A stretch of 64,000 nt of DNA from Dudresnaya verticillata (Eukaryota). A model generated the notes under the pieces. It ran no database searches, was not told the origin of the DNA, and worked only from the letters and a program-made list of their open reading frames with translations. A program made the translations under genes and the position numbers. Location of the stretch: the NCBI GenBank assembly GCA_977862235.1, contig OZ374566.1, positions 682,001-746,000 on the forward strand, read 5' to 3'. Shown here piece after piece: positions 11,587 to 23,647 of the stretch (within the stretch, counting starts at the first letter, position 1; each line of letters opens with the position of its first letter).

Positions 11587-12288
11587 CGTGAGGAAGAAGC
11601 TTCTGCCCGGCTGTGAACTGCTGCGAGCATGTCCGGTCAGTCTGAGGAGAGTTCGACGTCGCCTTAAAAAAGTGATATGCAGTGCGGTAAGGGTGATGTG
11701 GGCTGATGCTTCTGCGTTCTTTTTGTCGGGGCTAGCGCCCGTTTTGCTGTGGAAGATGCCAGCGCAACAGGACAGTTCGATGATACCGTTCCTGGCAAGT
11801 GCAAGAAGGCCTAGTGAGCCTGCAAAAAGAACGCTGCAATTTCGTCATTCGTCCCACCGACCGCTCGCCATGTGGATGCGCCGTGCTCGAATGGGGCTCC
11901 TAGTCATCGCACTGATTTTATGAGAATTTTGTGTCGGGGCACATCTGGATCATGCGCCACGCTGCAATGTTTCCAAACTTTCTCCATTTCAACAATTTAC
12001 AACTTGGTTCTCAGCGGACGACGGTCGTGTTTCGGCGTTTCTGACAACGCTTCTCTTTTTCTACAATCGTGGCGAGGGTGCTGTGCTCACCTGACCTGCA
12101 TCTGCTCCCCGCGGCCGCACTCTTATCAGCACTCGTTAGAGTCAGTGTCAGGTTCTTCCTGAACATATCCGCATCACCTCTGTGTTGGTTGGAAGTCAAG
12201 GGCATTTGAGCCCTGGCGAGAGCTCCTCATCCGTGTACCCCGAAAACCACACTTCGACAAGAGCAGCAGTCTTCACGCCCGCGCAAAC

Positions 12289-13671
12289 ATGAAGCTCGAC
12301 CCAGCCGCGCTACGCTACCTAAGCGACGACGACTTCCGTGTGCTAACAGCTGTGGAGATGGGCATGCGCAACCACGAGCTGGTCCCAATCCCGCTGATCA
12401 GCGCCATCTCCGGCCTACGGCACGGCGGCTACATGAAGTCGTTGAAGGAGATTCACAAGAACAAGCTCGTGCATAAGGAGACAAAGCGCTACGTCGGCTA
12501 CCGTCTAACCTCCATGGGCTACGACTATCTCGCCCTCCGCGCCCTGGTCAAACGCGGTGTCATCGAGGCTGTTGGTCGTGCCATCGGTGTCGGCAAGGAG
12601 GCCGACGTCTTCCTCGCCTCCGCAGCAGAGGCCTTACAGGACGAGCATCCCGAGCTTTCTGACGCCCCACACCTTGCAATGAAATTGCATCGTCTGGGCC
12701 GTACTTCGTTTCGCGCTGTGAAGAACAAGCGCGACTATCTTGTGCACCGCCGTTCCGCGTCATGGATTTACTTTTCGCGTCTGGCAGCCATGAAGGAGTA
12801 CGCGTTCATGTGCGCTCTGCACGAGCGTGGGTTTCCCGTGCCGCGCCCGCTTGGTCAGTCGCGCCATGTTGTCGTTATGGAGCTTTGTCAGGGCGTCCCA
12901 CTTACGCAGGTTTCCGAGCTGGCCGACCCAGTCGGCGTTGCGAACGGGTTGTTGGAGATTACAGTTCGGCTTGCACAACACGGCCTTGTGCATTGCGATC
13001 TAAATGAGTTCAATATCATGATTGACGACGATGAGTCCGTCACCGTTATCGACTTCCCGCAGATGGTGTCGACCTGCCATGCTGATGCGGAGGAGCTGTT
13101 CGACCGAGATGCCAACGGAATCAGGCGGTTTTTCGCTCATCGTTTCGGTGTCATGGAGGAGCAGATGTTGCTTCCGGACCTCAAGTCCATTATTGCTGGG
13201 AGAGGGGATGAGGATCAATTGGATGCAATGGTTGCGGCTAGTGGGTTCAAGAACATATCTTCCGACTCGCAGTATGGTGTACAAGACTTAGGTGAAGGTC
13301 CTGATACTGAGCAGGAGGGCACAGAACTGACTAGCATTGATATGAAGAGCCTGCAGTTGAGCCTTCCAAATGCAGAAGCCCATGAAGCGGAGCACGAAGC
13401 GACTGCAGCAGATAGTCACAAGAGCGCAGACGCCACGGAAACGTGTGCTAAACAGACTGGAGACGAAGAGCTGACACCCATGAATGTGGTACCCAATGCT
13501 TCAGATACTGGTCGTCAGGCGTCCGGCATTGATCGTTCTCTAATAGAAGCTCGGGTGCGGAAACAAAGAGCGAATCAAAGCCAACGGCGGCAAATGGCGA
13601 AGCGCAATGTTGTGAAGGATTCTGAGAAGAGAAAGGTGAAGGTGGAGATGAAGTCAGGGTTCTGGGACTGA
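12289..13671 (+). CDS. RIO2: Serine/threonine-protein kinase RIO2
   Basis: DFRVLTAVEMGMRNHELVP winged helix, IGVGKEAD, KLHRLGRTSF, HCDLNEFN and IDFPQMVS. Confidence 0.97.
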   Translation: MKLDPAALRYLSDDDFRVLTAVEMGMRNHELVPIPLISAISGLRHGGYMKSLKEIHKNKLVHKETKRYVGYRLTSMGYDYLALRALVKRGVIEAVGRAIGVGKEADVFLASAAEALQDEHPELSDAPHLAMKLHRLGRTSFRAVKNKRDYLVHRRSASWIYFSRLAAMKEYAFMCALHERGFPVPRPLGQSRHVVVMELCQGVPLTQVSELADPVGVANGLLEITVRLAQHGLVHCDLNEFNIMIDDDESVTVIDFPQMVSTCHADAEELFDRDANGIRRFFAHRFGVMEEQMLLPDLKSIIAGRGDEDQLDAMVAASGFKNISSDSQYGVQDLGEGPDTEQEGTELTSIDMKSLQLSLPNAEAHEAEHEATAADSHKSADATETCAKQTGDEELTPMNVVPNASDTGRQASGIDRSLIEARVRKQRANQSQRRQMAKRNVVKDSEKRKVKVEMKSGFWD

Positions 13672-14194
13672 TTAGGCAGGCGGCAGAGCCGCGCTGGCCT
13701 AGTGCTAATAGAAACGCCCTACTGCTCCACCTCACCGAACTGTTTTTCGCTGGGTGTTCGGTAGGCTGTCAAAGAGACGCAGTACTGCTGGCAAGACCAA
13801 GTTAGTCGTACGGCGGATGCTCCCGCGCTTTCGCCAGCTTTCCCCTGCCTGGTTCTTTTCGACTTTGTCAGATGCCCACGATACATGTTTCGCTCGATGA
13901 GCAGGCAGATTACTGCTCAGATTGCACAAGCTTCAGGGATGGAACGCTATGTAGACTGCTGCCTTTGACTGGTCGAAGCGTTGAGAAATCGTTTCTAGTT
14001 GTCAGAGTTGGACTAACTTTGATTGGTTTACCAAGGTTGACGATTTCCATCTGCTCTTCATACGGTGTGCGGAAGTAATCCAAACAAACGATAAGGTAAC
14101 AATTCTTCCGAAGCATAACCAACCCAGCTTCTCCGCGACGCATTTCTGACACTATGCAAAGACTCAACCACGCCCGCGAATTTAGCACCTCCGT

Positions 14195-15478
14195 CTAGAC
14201 CCTAACTTCTTCTGGACTCTCTAAGGCCTCAAGCATAGTCTGCTGGTCCCTGAATATGCATGTCTGGATAATGCCCTCAATATTACCATTAAGAAAGTCT
14301 TGTAACGGGAAGTTTTGTCCTAGGCGATGGTCTGTTACTCGTGAGTCCTTGTAGTTGTAAGTTCTAATCTTTTCGGATCTGGACCCCGTTCCCACTTGAC
14401 TCTTTCGTCTTCCGTAAATCTCGGCATTTTGCTCCGCAAGCTCTTGCTCGTACAGCTTTGCCCTCAAAATCTGCATTGCACGCTCCCTGTTCTTCAGCTG
14501 CGACCGTTCTTGTGTGCAGAACACTCGAATACCAGTAGGCTTATGGAATAGATCAACAGCAGTCTCAACCTTATTAACATTCTGACCTCCTGCGCCCCCA
14601 GATCTCGCCGTAGACATCTCAATATCCTTGGGGTCAATCTTCACCTCCACGTCATCTACTTCGGGCATAATCGCAAGAGTAGCCGTGCTAGTATGCACCC
14701 TGCCTTGTGTTTCAGTTGCTGGAACCCTTTGTACCCTGTGTACGCCAGCTTCGTATTTCATCTTGGAGTAGACTGAGTCGCCTGTGATTTCCAAAATGCA
14801 TTCCTTGTACCCTCCATCCGTGCCCTCGCTCTCCGAGACAAGGGAAACTGTCCATTTCTGCTCAGCAGCGTACTTTGTGTACACTCTCACAAGATCACCC
14901 GCCCAAATTGAAGCCTCGTCACCCCCGGTCCCGGCTCGCAGTTCCAACATACAGTTCTTGTCATCGTTGGGGTCCTTTGGAAGCAGCAGAACCTTCAGTT
15001 TGCTCTCTAGTTCTGCAAGATGAGCTTCCAGAGATGCAATTTCCTCTCGGGCCATCTCCCTCATTTCCACGTCGTCGCTGGCGTCTGCAAACATCTCCTT
15101 CGCTTCCTCCAAGCTCGTCGTGGAGGAAGTCCAGTCTTCGTAAGCCTCGGCAACTGGCTCCAGTGCAGCGCGAGCCTTCGTGAGGCGCAATAATTCTTTA
15201 GTGTCTGCGCAAACATCAGGATCTGCAAGCTGCAGGGTTAGGCTGTCAAACGACTCCTTGGTCGACCTCAGCTTCCGAATCATCGCACCCGCGTTCATAC
15301 GGGCTCCACGCGCCCGGCGAGGTATCGCAAGGCTTCGTCTTGTGTACGAAGAAACGCGGCCTCCCGCAAAACCAGGACCTCTCAAAATTCCTCTGCTGCG
15401 AAGTTGAGCACCATGACAGAGTGGTGCTGGGGGTGCAAAGCATTGAGCCCTCGATTGAGCCTCTGAAATAATGCCCAT
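14195..15478 (-). CDS. prfA: Peptide chain release factor 1, organellar (probably plastid)
   Basis: [23 protein letters not shown] (PxT motif), GGAGGQNVN and [12 protein letters not shown] 15478 is followed by a transit-peptide-like extension; the start is uncertain. Confidence 0.95.
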   Translation of the reverse strand: MGIISEAQSRAQCFAPPAPLCHGAQLRSRGILRGPGFAGGRVSSYTRRSLAIPRRARGARMNAGAMIRKLRSTKESFDSLTLQLADPDVCADTKELLRLTKARAALEPVAEAYEDWTSSTTSLEEAKEMFADASDDVEMREMAREEIASLEAHLAELESKLKVLLLPKDPNDDKNCMLELRAGTGGDEASIWAGDLVRVYTKYAAEQKWTVSLVSESEGTDGGYKECILEITGDSVYSKMKYEAGVHRVQRVPATETQGRVHTSTATLAIMPEVDDVEVKIDPKDIEMSTARSGGAGGQNVNKVETAVDLFHKPTGIRVFCTQERSQLKNRERAMQILRAKLYEQELAEQNAEIYGRRKSQVGTGSRSEKIRTYNYKDSRVTDHRLGQNFPLQDFLNGNIEGIIQTCIFRDQQTMLEALESPEEVRV

Positions 15479-16493
15479 CTCACTGCGCCCCGGGAGAAAC
15501 CCCGGCCGTGTGGCTACCTGAAACGAAGTACTGCACACAAAGGTAACCTGCGTTCTCGATAGAAACACCTCCTTACCGACCAAAGCGTCGCGTTCGGTTG
15601 CACACGTGATGCGGAGGGAGACATGTGCCATATCTCGACATCCAACGCTGGTTTATGAGATTACCAGCTCGCTCTCAGGCAGCCAAAAAAACAATAATTT
15701 TCTAGCACCCAAGGGTCGATCTCGCGTCCAATCTCGAACCTGAAGTTTGAATGCCACACGCACAACGACGAACGCCTCGTGTTTTTCCACAATGAAGCCG
15801 TAATCCAACAAACATGTTATGGTCTGCGAGTCTACAGCTCTTCTACCCCAAAGTTGCGAAAGCTATCAGCCATAGCACACTTTGACAATCAAGACCCTCC
15901 TCAATGAGTGTGATAGAGTTTATGCATAGATTGAAACAATGAGTGCTCTATGAATCGGCAGTTTGGAGACATGCCGGAGATTGCCAGGTCCGAAAAAAAA
16001 AAAGAAAACTCAGGCGTAGGAAGATACTTTACATCCATGCTACCGACGTCCGAACAGGCGTCGCAGGTGGTAAACAATACCACGAAAGGCACGGTTGGGT
16101 AAAGGTGTCGACCTCTCTGCATCACCTCAGCTGAATTCACGGGACATGCGCATGTACGGCTTGCTGGTCACCAATGTACAATATCCATAACGGAGATATT
16201 ACAACTTTGCAGTAAAGGGCTTTTTCTGTCGTACGCTGCATCTTCATACGCAAACGTATCTTCTCATTCGCAAGATGGTGTACTAAACCCGAAACCTCTC
16301 GTTCTTTGCGAATCATGAATCATACGCATTGGCAACTTGCACAGTCGGCTGCGCATAACCTCTACTATCCAAGGGCAGAGGCCAAGCAATGGGTTTCCAT
16401 ATAACTGCAACACTGCAGCAACGGCACTATTAGCTATTATTAGCGTCAGCAAAACCCATTTCACCTCACGGTGTGCAGTTCAAACAGCAGGTC

Positions 16494-17087
16494 TCACTCA
16501 GGATTTAGCTCGCTGACTTTCTTTTCAACGAAGAGAACATGTACTGACTGCGTGCGTATCTTAGCAAAATATCGAAAGAGACCCTCGTCTCCGTCGAAGC
16601 TTCTCGGAGATTGAGCGTTTGAGTCCACAAGGTAGAAGCGTTTCCCATATCGCGGAACCGCAATCCAATGCCTCCTCTCTGCAATGAGATACTTCAAAGG
16701 CCATGGTAGCTGCCAGGCACAGGGTACGTTGACTAGAAAGCCCACCAAGTTCGGTTGTGTTCTGACAATATCCTGCACAGTTCTCTTCGAGTTCAACCAT
16801 TGTAATGAAAGTCCTGCTGACTCCAAGGCGAACATGAGCACATTCGCGTCGTAATCACCTAGCTCTAGGACTGACTTATGCGGACTGGACCACCTTGGGC
16901 GTTTTTCGGTCAGCAGGTTGTCAGCAATGGCCTCAAAGTCCTGGACGGTGTATACCTGGCGATGCAGTAAGGCGTTTACGGCATGCAGTCCACAGCGCCA
17001 CCACCTTTGCCGTTCGTGATATACGCTCATCGCCTTCTTCTCATCCTGACTCGTCGGCTCTTTCGAAGGAAGGATTGCATCTGCCAT
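16494..17087 (-). CDS. Josephin-domain deubiquitinase (JOSD-like)
   Basis: YHERQ...CGLHAVNALL, G.YDANV, RHWIAV and YLVDS give the complete Cys-His-Asp triad. Confidence 0.92.
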   Translation of the reverse strand: MADAILPSKEPTSQDEKKAMSVYHERQRWWRCGLHAVNALLHRQVYTVQDFEAIADNLLTEKRPRWSSPHKSVLELGDYDANVLMFALESAGLSLQWLNSKRTVQDIVRTQPNLVGFLVNVPCAWQLPWPLKYLIAERRHWIAVPRYGKRFYLVDSNAQSPRSFDGDEGLFRYFAKIRTQSVHVLFVEKKVSELNPE

Positions 17088-19537
17088 GACTGCTAGAACA
17101 GGTTTTACGCTTCAGGGTCAGCTGGCAATACCGTTGGCAGCTGCCCCCCTGAAGCATCTGCAGTCCTTTTGGGGTTTTTTCTGCAACTTTTTTTTGAGCA
17201 ATTGCAAGCGTAGGCAAGGCTGACAAGGCTGCCACCAGAAACTTGTTGAACCTACACAACAGTACCATGTCGCCATCAATGTCAACTTTGCCTGCGCAAC
17301 CTGACCCAAACATCGACCGACCCAGCGACCCTCCTCACTCTCACCTGGATGCACTCAAGATAGCAAAGTACACCAGCTTGCTCGCCAACCGCCACGATCC
17401 TATCACAGTTTCCTCCTTCGCTGCGACGAATTGCGCAGTCTGGAGCCGCGGGGCTCACTCCCTTATCGCGCACTATGCTATGCAACTTCACACTGCTAGT
17501 GCCCTCTAGCCGTCATTACGCGCACCCTCGTTACCCAATCGCCACGTCTATTCACGAATGCTTAAGTCTCGCCACCGACACACGCAGACGGAGGGTCCAG
17601 CCGCCTAGCCCCCGAAGGCGGGAGTTTGACCGCTCAGACTATTGTTCCCTCCTTCTAGACTATAAACGTACTAAATCATCTTTAGTGCGTAACATTCAGC
17701 TCATCTTGCTGCATCTATGTTTCCAATAAATTTCAAACTCTACCTTCTGTAGATGACATCAACAAGTACATGCAGTATGGATATATGTATGGAACTACGT
17801 GTGACAATATGTGCTATGTGCGCCACGGTTGAAAAATTACCCTTGGCATAACAAGAGAGTCTACATCCAGGCGCTTTATTGAATATGTCATCTACACCTA
17901 CCCTCCTAGGGTCAGTGCCCTCCGAGGGTACTGTAGCTGACAGAAAAAAAAAAGAAAAAAGAACAAAACAGCAGGTTGTAAACTCTTTCACAAATTCGGC
18001 AAATTGTCCAGAGTGAACAGTGAAGCGGATGTCAGTATCAAAAAAGAGTTCGACAAAACTGTGGAAACGGCAACCTGAACAGAACCCTAATAAGGAACAC
18101 TGTATCTACGAATTTCTTTTAAAGCAGTTCTTGGGACCACACGCTCTACGTTTTAGGTTGCCCAGTACTACAGTCAATAACCTTCTTACTTATACTTGTC
18201 AAACTTCCGTTCTACGAAGGACTTCCCCTCCTGCATCCTGCATTCAAGTTGGAAAATCGTTTCGTCTGAATTGCTTATGTAAAGATCACAACTATAGCGT
18301 TTCTAACTCCTAATACGGGTTCTGGCACAATAATGCTTCTTTGTAAATAGGCTGATTTTGCGTTTTAGGGGGTGTTGTAAATATTCGTTCCTAACAGGGT
18401 TCGTAGACGAGTTCCCAGTTAGCTGGCACAATAGACAGCGGAGGGACCAATGTCATGTAATATGTACAGTTCACATATGAAATGAACCGTTTGTATTCTG
18501 CAGAATATCTTATTCTATTCTGTACAATCCGCAAGTTTTCTAGCCCCCGCTTCAAACAATGTTAAAGTTGAATATTTCTCTCAAAACATACCTTAAAGGA
18601 CTGCAAGTAAAAACAGCATACAACCGCTTCTCTAAGAAAGCGACTTTGCATAGCCCGTGAGAGTGTCTTTAATGAGGGTGTTCTGAAGAAAGAGTAATTC
18701 AATACGCGGTGCAGGATGCTGTTGTATAAAGAGATAGGAGCTCGTCGGCCATTCTATGCTAGTGGCTCTTCGGCCATTCGATGATTTGACAATGTCCTTT
18801 CGGGACAGCGAAGAAAATAGGGAGAGGCGTTACGAACAGCGCTCATCGGCGTGGCCGGCGCTCTGCCCATATCAAGAGGCTCGCTACTGCAGCGACCTGC
18901 CTCCCTCCACCGCCGGACCACCGCCCGACCTCCATAAGCTGAGCACCTTAGGACCCTGTTTGCGGGCTTTTCTTTCTTTCCCTCCCTCCCCCCAACCCTT
19001 CCTAAGTTGGAAATCTGTAGTGTTCCGCTACTGCCGCAGGCCTGGAATGCTCATTTTGTTTGAGCAGGGAACCCCTAGGCCACTGGTTTGTATCCACTGG
19101 CTATTAACGGCAAGTAAACCTGGGGGGCTCTCCGCAAGGCGTCGGAAAGCAAGGGTGTTTTCTTTCGTCACGAGCTACAGTAAAGTAGCGATTTCTCAAC
19201 TGGTGTTCTCTGTGTTGGGTAAATTCTTTTGTTTCATAGAACCTTCAGAGAAAAAAAGAAAGCTGTAGAGGCCTAAAATGTATGTTGCTATCTTCCATTT
19301 TTCTTACGGAATATACTACAACCGCGAAGGCGCATCCTCGTTGTGGAGACGTCAGAAGGGGCTTCAAAAAAGGGGAGACTGTTTTAGAAGCTCAGTACTG
19401 TAGCACCGGAATGGTCACGACTTGATGCTCACACTAGGATACTTGATGCTGTACATGCGTTTTTACTAATAAAAGTGTACACCTAACTTTTGCTATGTCC
19501 ACGAAACAATCCAACCATTCTTTGGGGCACCTACGGC

Positions 19538-21076
19538 CTACTGCAGATCAGAGGCTGGCGTTCCATGTTCGCCATGAGAGCGGAATTGGTCCAACTCGGC
19601 ATTAATATCATCCATTTCCTTGCGAAGGTCGGCAGCCATCCTAGCCACTTGTTCACGGGCTTGCAAAGGCGTCAACTCGCACATTTCTGCCTGAGCATAT
19701 GTTGCCTTGTCTGCATCCGACTTCGCGACAAGAATTTCACGCAAGCATTCTGCACAGACCTCCTCTAGGGCCACCCACCTAGCATAGTACGTCACCATCT
19801 TCCTCTGCACCGCCGTGCATGGTATCCATGGTTCTTGCTTGACAGACACATTGATGACGTTATCTGCGGCCATTCCTTCCAAGTCGTCCTGCCCATATGA
19901 ATGGGTATCACCGACGTCTAAATCCAGCGCGGAATCACCTGCGGCGACCTCCGCAGGAAATGGAAGGTCACCAGTACCGGAGACACCCAGAGAGGGATCT
20001 GCTGTTGCACGAATGAGCTTCACAAGCTCACTTACAGACAAACGACCCATGTTAGCGTGTAGCTGACTCCAAAACGAGGATACGCGCATAACGACCACAG
20101 AGAGCCTCTTCAGCTCTTTCGCTACTGCATGGAGAGATTCGATAGCTGCCATGACCGCATCTACATCACTCTTGACTTCTTGAATCCTTCGACTGCACTC
20201 TGTGATGTCCGCTAGCGCCTCGCGATTGAGCAAGCGCTGATGCTTTTTTGCCTCTAGCAGCGCTGTGCGCTCTTCCTTTGCATGCGAGGCATCTTTGCGT
20301 ACAGACTCGAGAAAGCGTACCACTGGTCCGAGGAATACCATGCCAAAGTGATCAGTGAGGAAGCGGTCGATATGTTCTACGAACGCCAATGCGCCGAAGA
20401 CTGTGGCTCTTCGCGACGCGCGTCGCTCAACTCGTTCCGCACGCGCGTACAGACGGCCCACTTCGGAAAGAGATTCCAACATGGAGCCATGTGTCTCCCA
20501 TGCCACGGCCTTGCGGACGTTGAGCTCTGTAATCCGGTCATGTAGAACCTCGCTCTCCTGTGCACGCTCTGCTCTGCGGTGTTGCGCTTTCTCAAGCGCG
20601 ACAGTAGCGTCCTCTGCAGCCGAAGAAAGAAGGGCAGAAAGATTAGCAGCCGCTAGTGAGAGCGTGCGCGCCAGGTCATCGTTGCTGTCGAACGCATGCA
20701 GCGCAGCCGGCAGTGCACGGGAGGAAAGCTGGCGGGCGTTCTGCGACAGTTCCGAGAGGACTGCACGGGCGGCTAAATGAGTCTGGGCAATGGACGTAGT
20801 GGTGACGGAAAAGAGGTGGATCAGCTTTCGAGACAATGCCGTTATGTGTTCGGCGAGGTTTGGGTCGCTCGCGGCGCAGGCCGCCGCGTGTGAGAGCGTC
20901 AGCAAGCGAGACACGCGTGACAGGTCGTCGGAAAGAGTTGTCACATCGAGGTCGGATAGAAGCTGTGAGCGGGCTAGGCGGACCTGGCGAGAGGTACGCG
21001 ACGGCGCGGCTGTGGCGGTGAAGGTCTCCCCGTCCAGCGATATCTGCCAGAGCGCTTCTGGGGTGGACGCCATCAT
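19538..21076 (-). CDS. Hypothetical all-helical/coiled-coil protein (~512 aa)
   Basis: Long ORF from ATG 21076 with heptad-rich helices flanking a central hydrophobic segment (VFGALAFV...FGMVFLGPVVRFL). Confidence 0.75.
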   Translation of the reverse strand: MMASTPEALWQISLDGETFTATAAPSRTSRQVRLARSQLLSDLDVTTLSDDLSRVSRLLTLSHAAACAASDPNLAEHITALSRKLIHLFSVTTTSIAQTHLAARAVLSELSQNARQLSSRALPAALHAFDSNDDLARTLSLAAANLSALLSSAAEDATVALEKAQHRRAERAQESEVLHDRITELNVRKAVAWETHGSMLESLSEVGRLYARAERVERRASRRATVFGALAFVEHIDRFLTDHFGMVFLGPVVRFLESVRKDASHAKEERTALLEAKKHQRLLNREALADITECSRRIQEVKSDVDAVMAAIESLHAVAKELKRLSVVVMRVSSFWSQLHANMGRLSVSELVKLIRATADPSLGVSGTGDLPFPAEVAAGDSALDLDVGDTHSYGQDDLEGMAADNVINVSVKQEPWIPCTAVQRKMVTYYARWVALEEVCAECLREILVAKSDADKATYAQAEMCELTPLQAREQVARMAADLRKEMDDINAELDQFRSHGEHGTPASDLQ

Positions 21077-21589
21077 GCGCCACAGAGGGAGCCGGTTAAG
21101 ATTGCAATACGCAGGCTGGAATGGAGTGCGGTGCTGTTGAGGAGGGTTTTGGGAAAGAGGATTAAGCGAGGGAGAGGTTGTTATTATGGAGAAGAAGAGG
21201 GTCGAGGTTGCATGTTTGGTTGGGGGAACAAAAGAATTGAGAAATGGCAAAGGCGGAGCTGGAAGCGATGCAAAAGCTGCTCGACCCGAATAAGGTCACA
21301 AGAAGCCTTCCTCGCTGCCCACTGCCGAACCGAAATGGCCCAGCAGCAAGGCCGGAAAAGCAATGTATGCGGAAAACTACCAAAAAAGACAACATCCTGT
21401 GCCGGGCTCGCGAACAGTCGCCGCAGACACCGCAATAGGCCTGATCCACGGCGCACCCAAGATCAATACAGTACTGTACCACCATGCCTGTTGCAACCCG
21501 CAGAGTGCTTCTTGCCCCGCGCCTCTTGCCTATCTTCCTTGCTTCATCGCCAACTATACCGATTCTTTCACCCTCGCCTGGCAGGACCC

Positions 21590-23278
21590 ATGATGCCGTC
21601 GCGCACATGCGCGGCGCCGTCGAAGGCCCTGCGGGAGATCGAGACGACGCTACACGGTCTCGCGTTTGGGGAGCATGATGGTGGCGCGCAGCGCGCCGCT
21701 CTCTCGACCGCGCTTGCGGAGCAGGCGTCGTACTATGCGTCCGGTCTGCTGCTGGCGGACCACGGGAAAGCCGAGTGTGAGGCCGCCGTGGCCGTCTTCG
21801 AGGACATCCTCACAGATCCGCGCCTCGTGGATACTGTCTCATGGACCGCGCTTGCGCCGCAACATGCAGACGTGCTAGCCTCGCACTTCTGGCGCAACGC
21901 GTTGGGCGCGCTCGTCGTGCTTCAATCGCACATGGAACCTGGAGAGGAGGGCGTGGAGATGCAAAGCCCGGTCGCGCGCGCCGCTGCAAGCCTTGCTGCC
22001 TCTCGGGAGCTTCTTGTTCGCGCGGCAAAGGCACCAACACGACGTAGCGCTGCGACCAACTCTGGTGACGCTGTTCTAGCTGCATTGCTCATGCGCCTCA
22101 CCGCGAACGTTTTCGGCGGTTCAGAGTCTTGTGTTATGAAGGATTCAGCGGAGAAGACTCTGTCGCTGCTGGCGAAAATACGTCGCGCCCCTGACGAGGA
22201 TGCCCTAGTTGTGCAGGTATTCCCTTCGTTGCACACTGCACTGCAAGCTGCGCTTGAAAGTGCGCCTTCTGCATCAGATATGCGCCGTGCAGAGCTCTCG
22301 CCACTTGCACCTGTGGTACGGCTCATCGCGCAGGCCACGTCGAGTGCAGACGATCCTGGCAGGCGTCTAAAACAGATGCTAGAAGTCGTGCTGCCGCTTG
22401 TGGACGACGTTGACGTGGAGACGCGGCGTGATGGTCTAGAGGCACTGCGCTTCGTGATGGAGGCCGTTTCAGACGCGGACTTGGCACGGCACTCGGCTAA
22501 CATTGCTCCCCATATCTCTTCTGCGCTGGGCTGGCCGCACGCCTCGACTGCGCTTCGGGTGGCACCTGTGCTACCACGTCTTCTGCGACTGCTTTTGCCG
22601 GTGCAGTTTCGCGAGAGCGGTGCACCGCTGCGAGAGTCCGTACCGAGGGAATGGTCTCGCGGTGTTAAGGAATCCATGACTTCCGTCGTGGGTCATATAG
22701 AGCACGCACAGCGGAGAGATCAAGATGTGGTAGATGGAGAGACATCATGGGAGCATGCAGAAGCTGCTGTGACGCTAGGAGCGGTTGTAGTGGAGGTTGC
22801 CAAGGAGCGGCTGCTGGAGAAGGCGGACTCTTGGGTTCCTGCTATGGCACTGATGCTGCAGTGCGTTGCTGGCATGGTCGGGAGAGGCACGGCTTCCTTG
22901 GAGCTCTTTGAGCAGGCTGCTGTGGTGTTAGAGGAATCGATGAAATGGACCTGGCTGCTGGAGTATACCTTCTGCACCATTGTGTTTGAGGGGTGTATGT
23001 GTTCAGTGATGGAGAGTAGGAGTTGCGCAGCGGGGGTGGAGCGAGAGGTTCGACGAGTATGCATGCAGACGTTGTCAGTCCTAGCAGACTGTTCAGGGTC
23101 GCAGCGAGTTTTGCAGCTAATTGATGTAGTTCTTGAGCAGTCGTGCAAATATCCAAGCCTACGAGCGGCTGATGAGCTTTTCAACAAGGTAAGAAGAGAG
23201 TTTTGTACAAGGAGGGAAGAGCGGAAGCCAATATCGGCAGGCTCGCTGATGAAAAAGTTCTTCCCTTGGATCAGTTGA
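21590..23278 (+). CDS. HEAT/ARM-repeat protein, possibly TTI2-like
   Basis: Long Leu/Ala-rich helical ORF from ATG 21590. 'VVLPLVDDVDVETRRDGLEAL' resembles the Tti2 'lp.ll.l.DD....k..G...L' motif. Product call is tentative. Confidence 0.55.
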   Translation: MMPSRTCAAPSKALREIETTLHGLAFGEHDGGAQRAALSTALAEQASYYASGLLLADHGKAECEAAVAVFEDILTDPRLVDTVSWTALAPQHADVLASHFWRNALGALVVLQSHMEPGEEGVEMQSPVARAAASLAASRELLVRAAKAPTRRSAATNSGDAVLAALLMRLTANVFGGSESCVMKDSAEKTLSLLAKIRRAPDEDALVVQVFPSLHTALQAALESAPSASDMRRAELSPLAPVVRLIAQATSSADDPGRRLKQMLEVVLPLVDDVDVETRRDGLEALRFVMEAVSDADLARHSANIAPHISSALGWPHASTALRVAPVLPRLLRLLLPVQFRESGAPLRESVPREWSRGVKESMTSVVGHIEHAQRRDQDVVDGETSWEHAEAAVTLGAVVVEVAKERLLEKADSWVPAMALMLQCVAGMVGRGTASLELFEQAAVVLEESMKWTWLLEYTFCTIVFEGCMCSVMESRSCAAGVEREVRRVCMQTLSVLADCSGSQRVLQLIDVVLEQSCKYPSLRAADELFNKVRREFCTRREERKPISAGSLMKKFFPWIS

Positions 23279-23647
23279 AGAAGACGCACATGAGAAAATA
23301 ATACTTTATCCGAGACAAGAGACATGAGAGTTTTTAACGAATGACAAAGATAACCGGTCCCTGTCGTGAAAGAGGGGTCATGTTACAGGAAGTAAGCGGA
23401 AACAAACAAAACGAGCAGCTTATTACAAGTGCTTACAAGGCGAGCTGCCCTATGCGACAAGGGGCAATAGTCGCTACCTCGCTCCCATCTCCGTGGCCAT
23501 ACCAGAACACACTTGAGGTGCGCGACACGAGGCGTTTTGGACACCATAGTGCTGAGGGTGCGCGCTACAAGAAGATGGCCTCAAAGGGTAGGAACGACGG
23601 ACTATTCACGAGGAGCTGCGCCAATACGGGGTCAAAAAGAACGACCC

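Noticed and set aside
21131..21589. Long upstream extensions of ORFs 21131+, 21250-, 25330-, 36801- and 48665-
   Set aside because: These are alternative-start artefacts of prokaryote-style ORF calling in GC-rich promoter or UTR DNA. Downstream ATGs give sensible N-termini.
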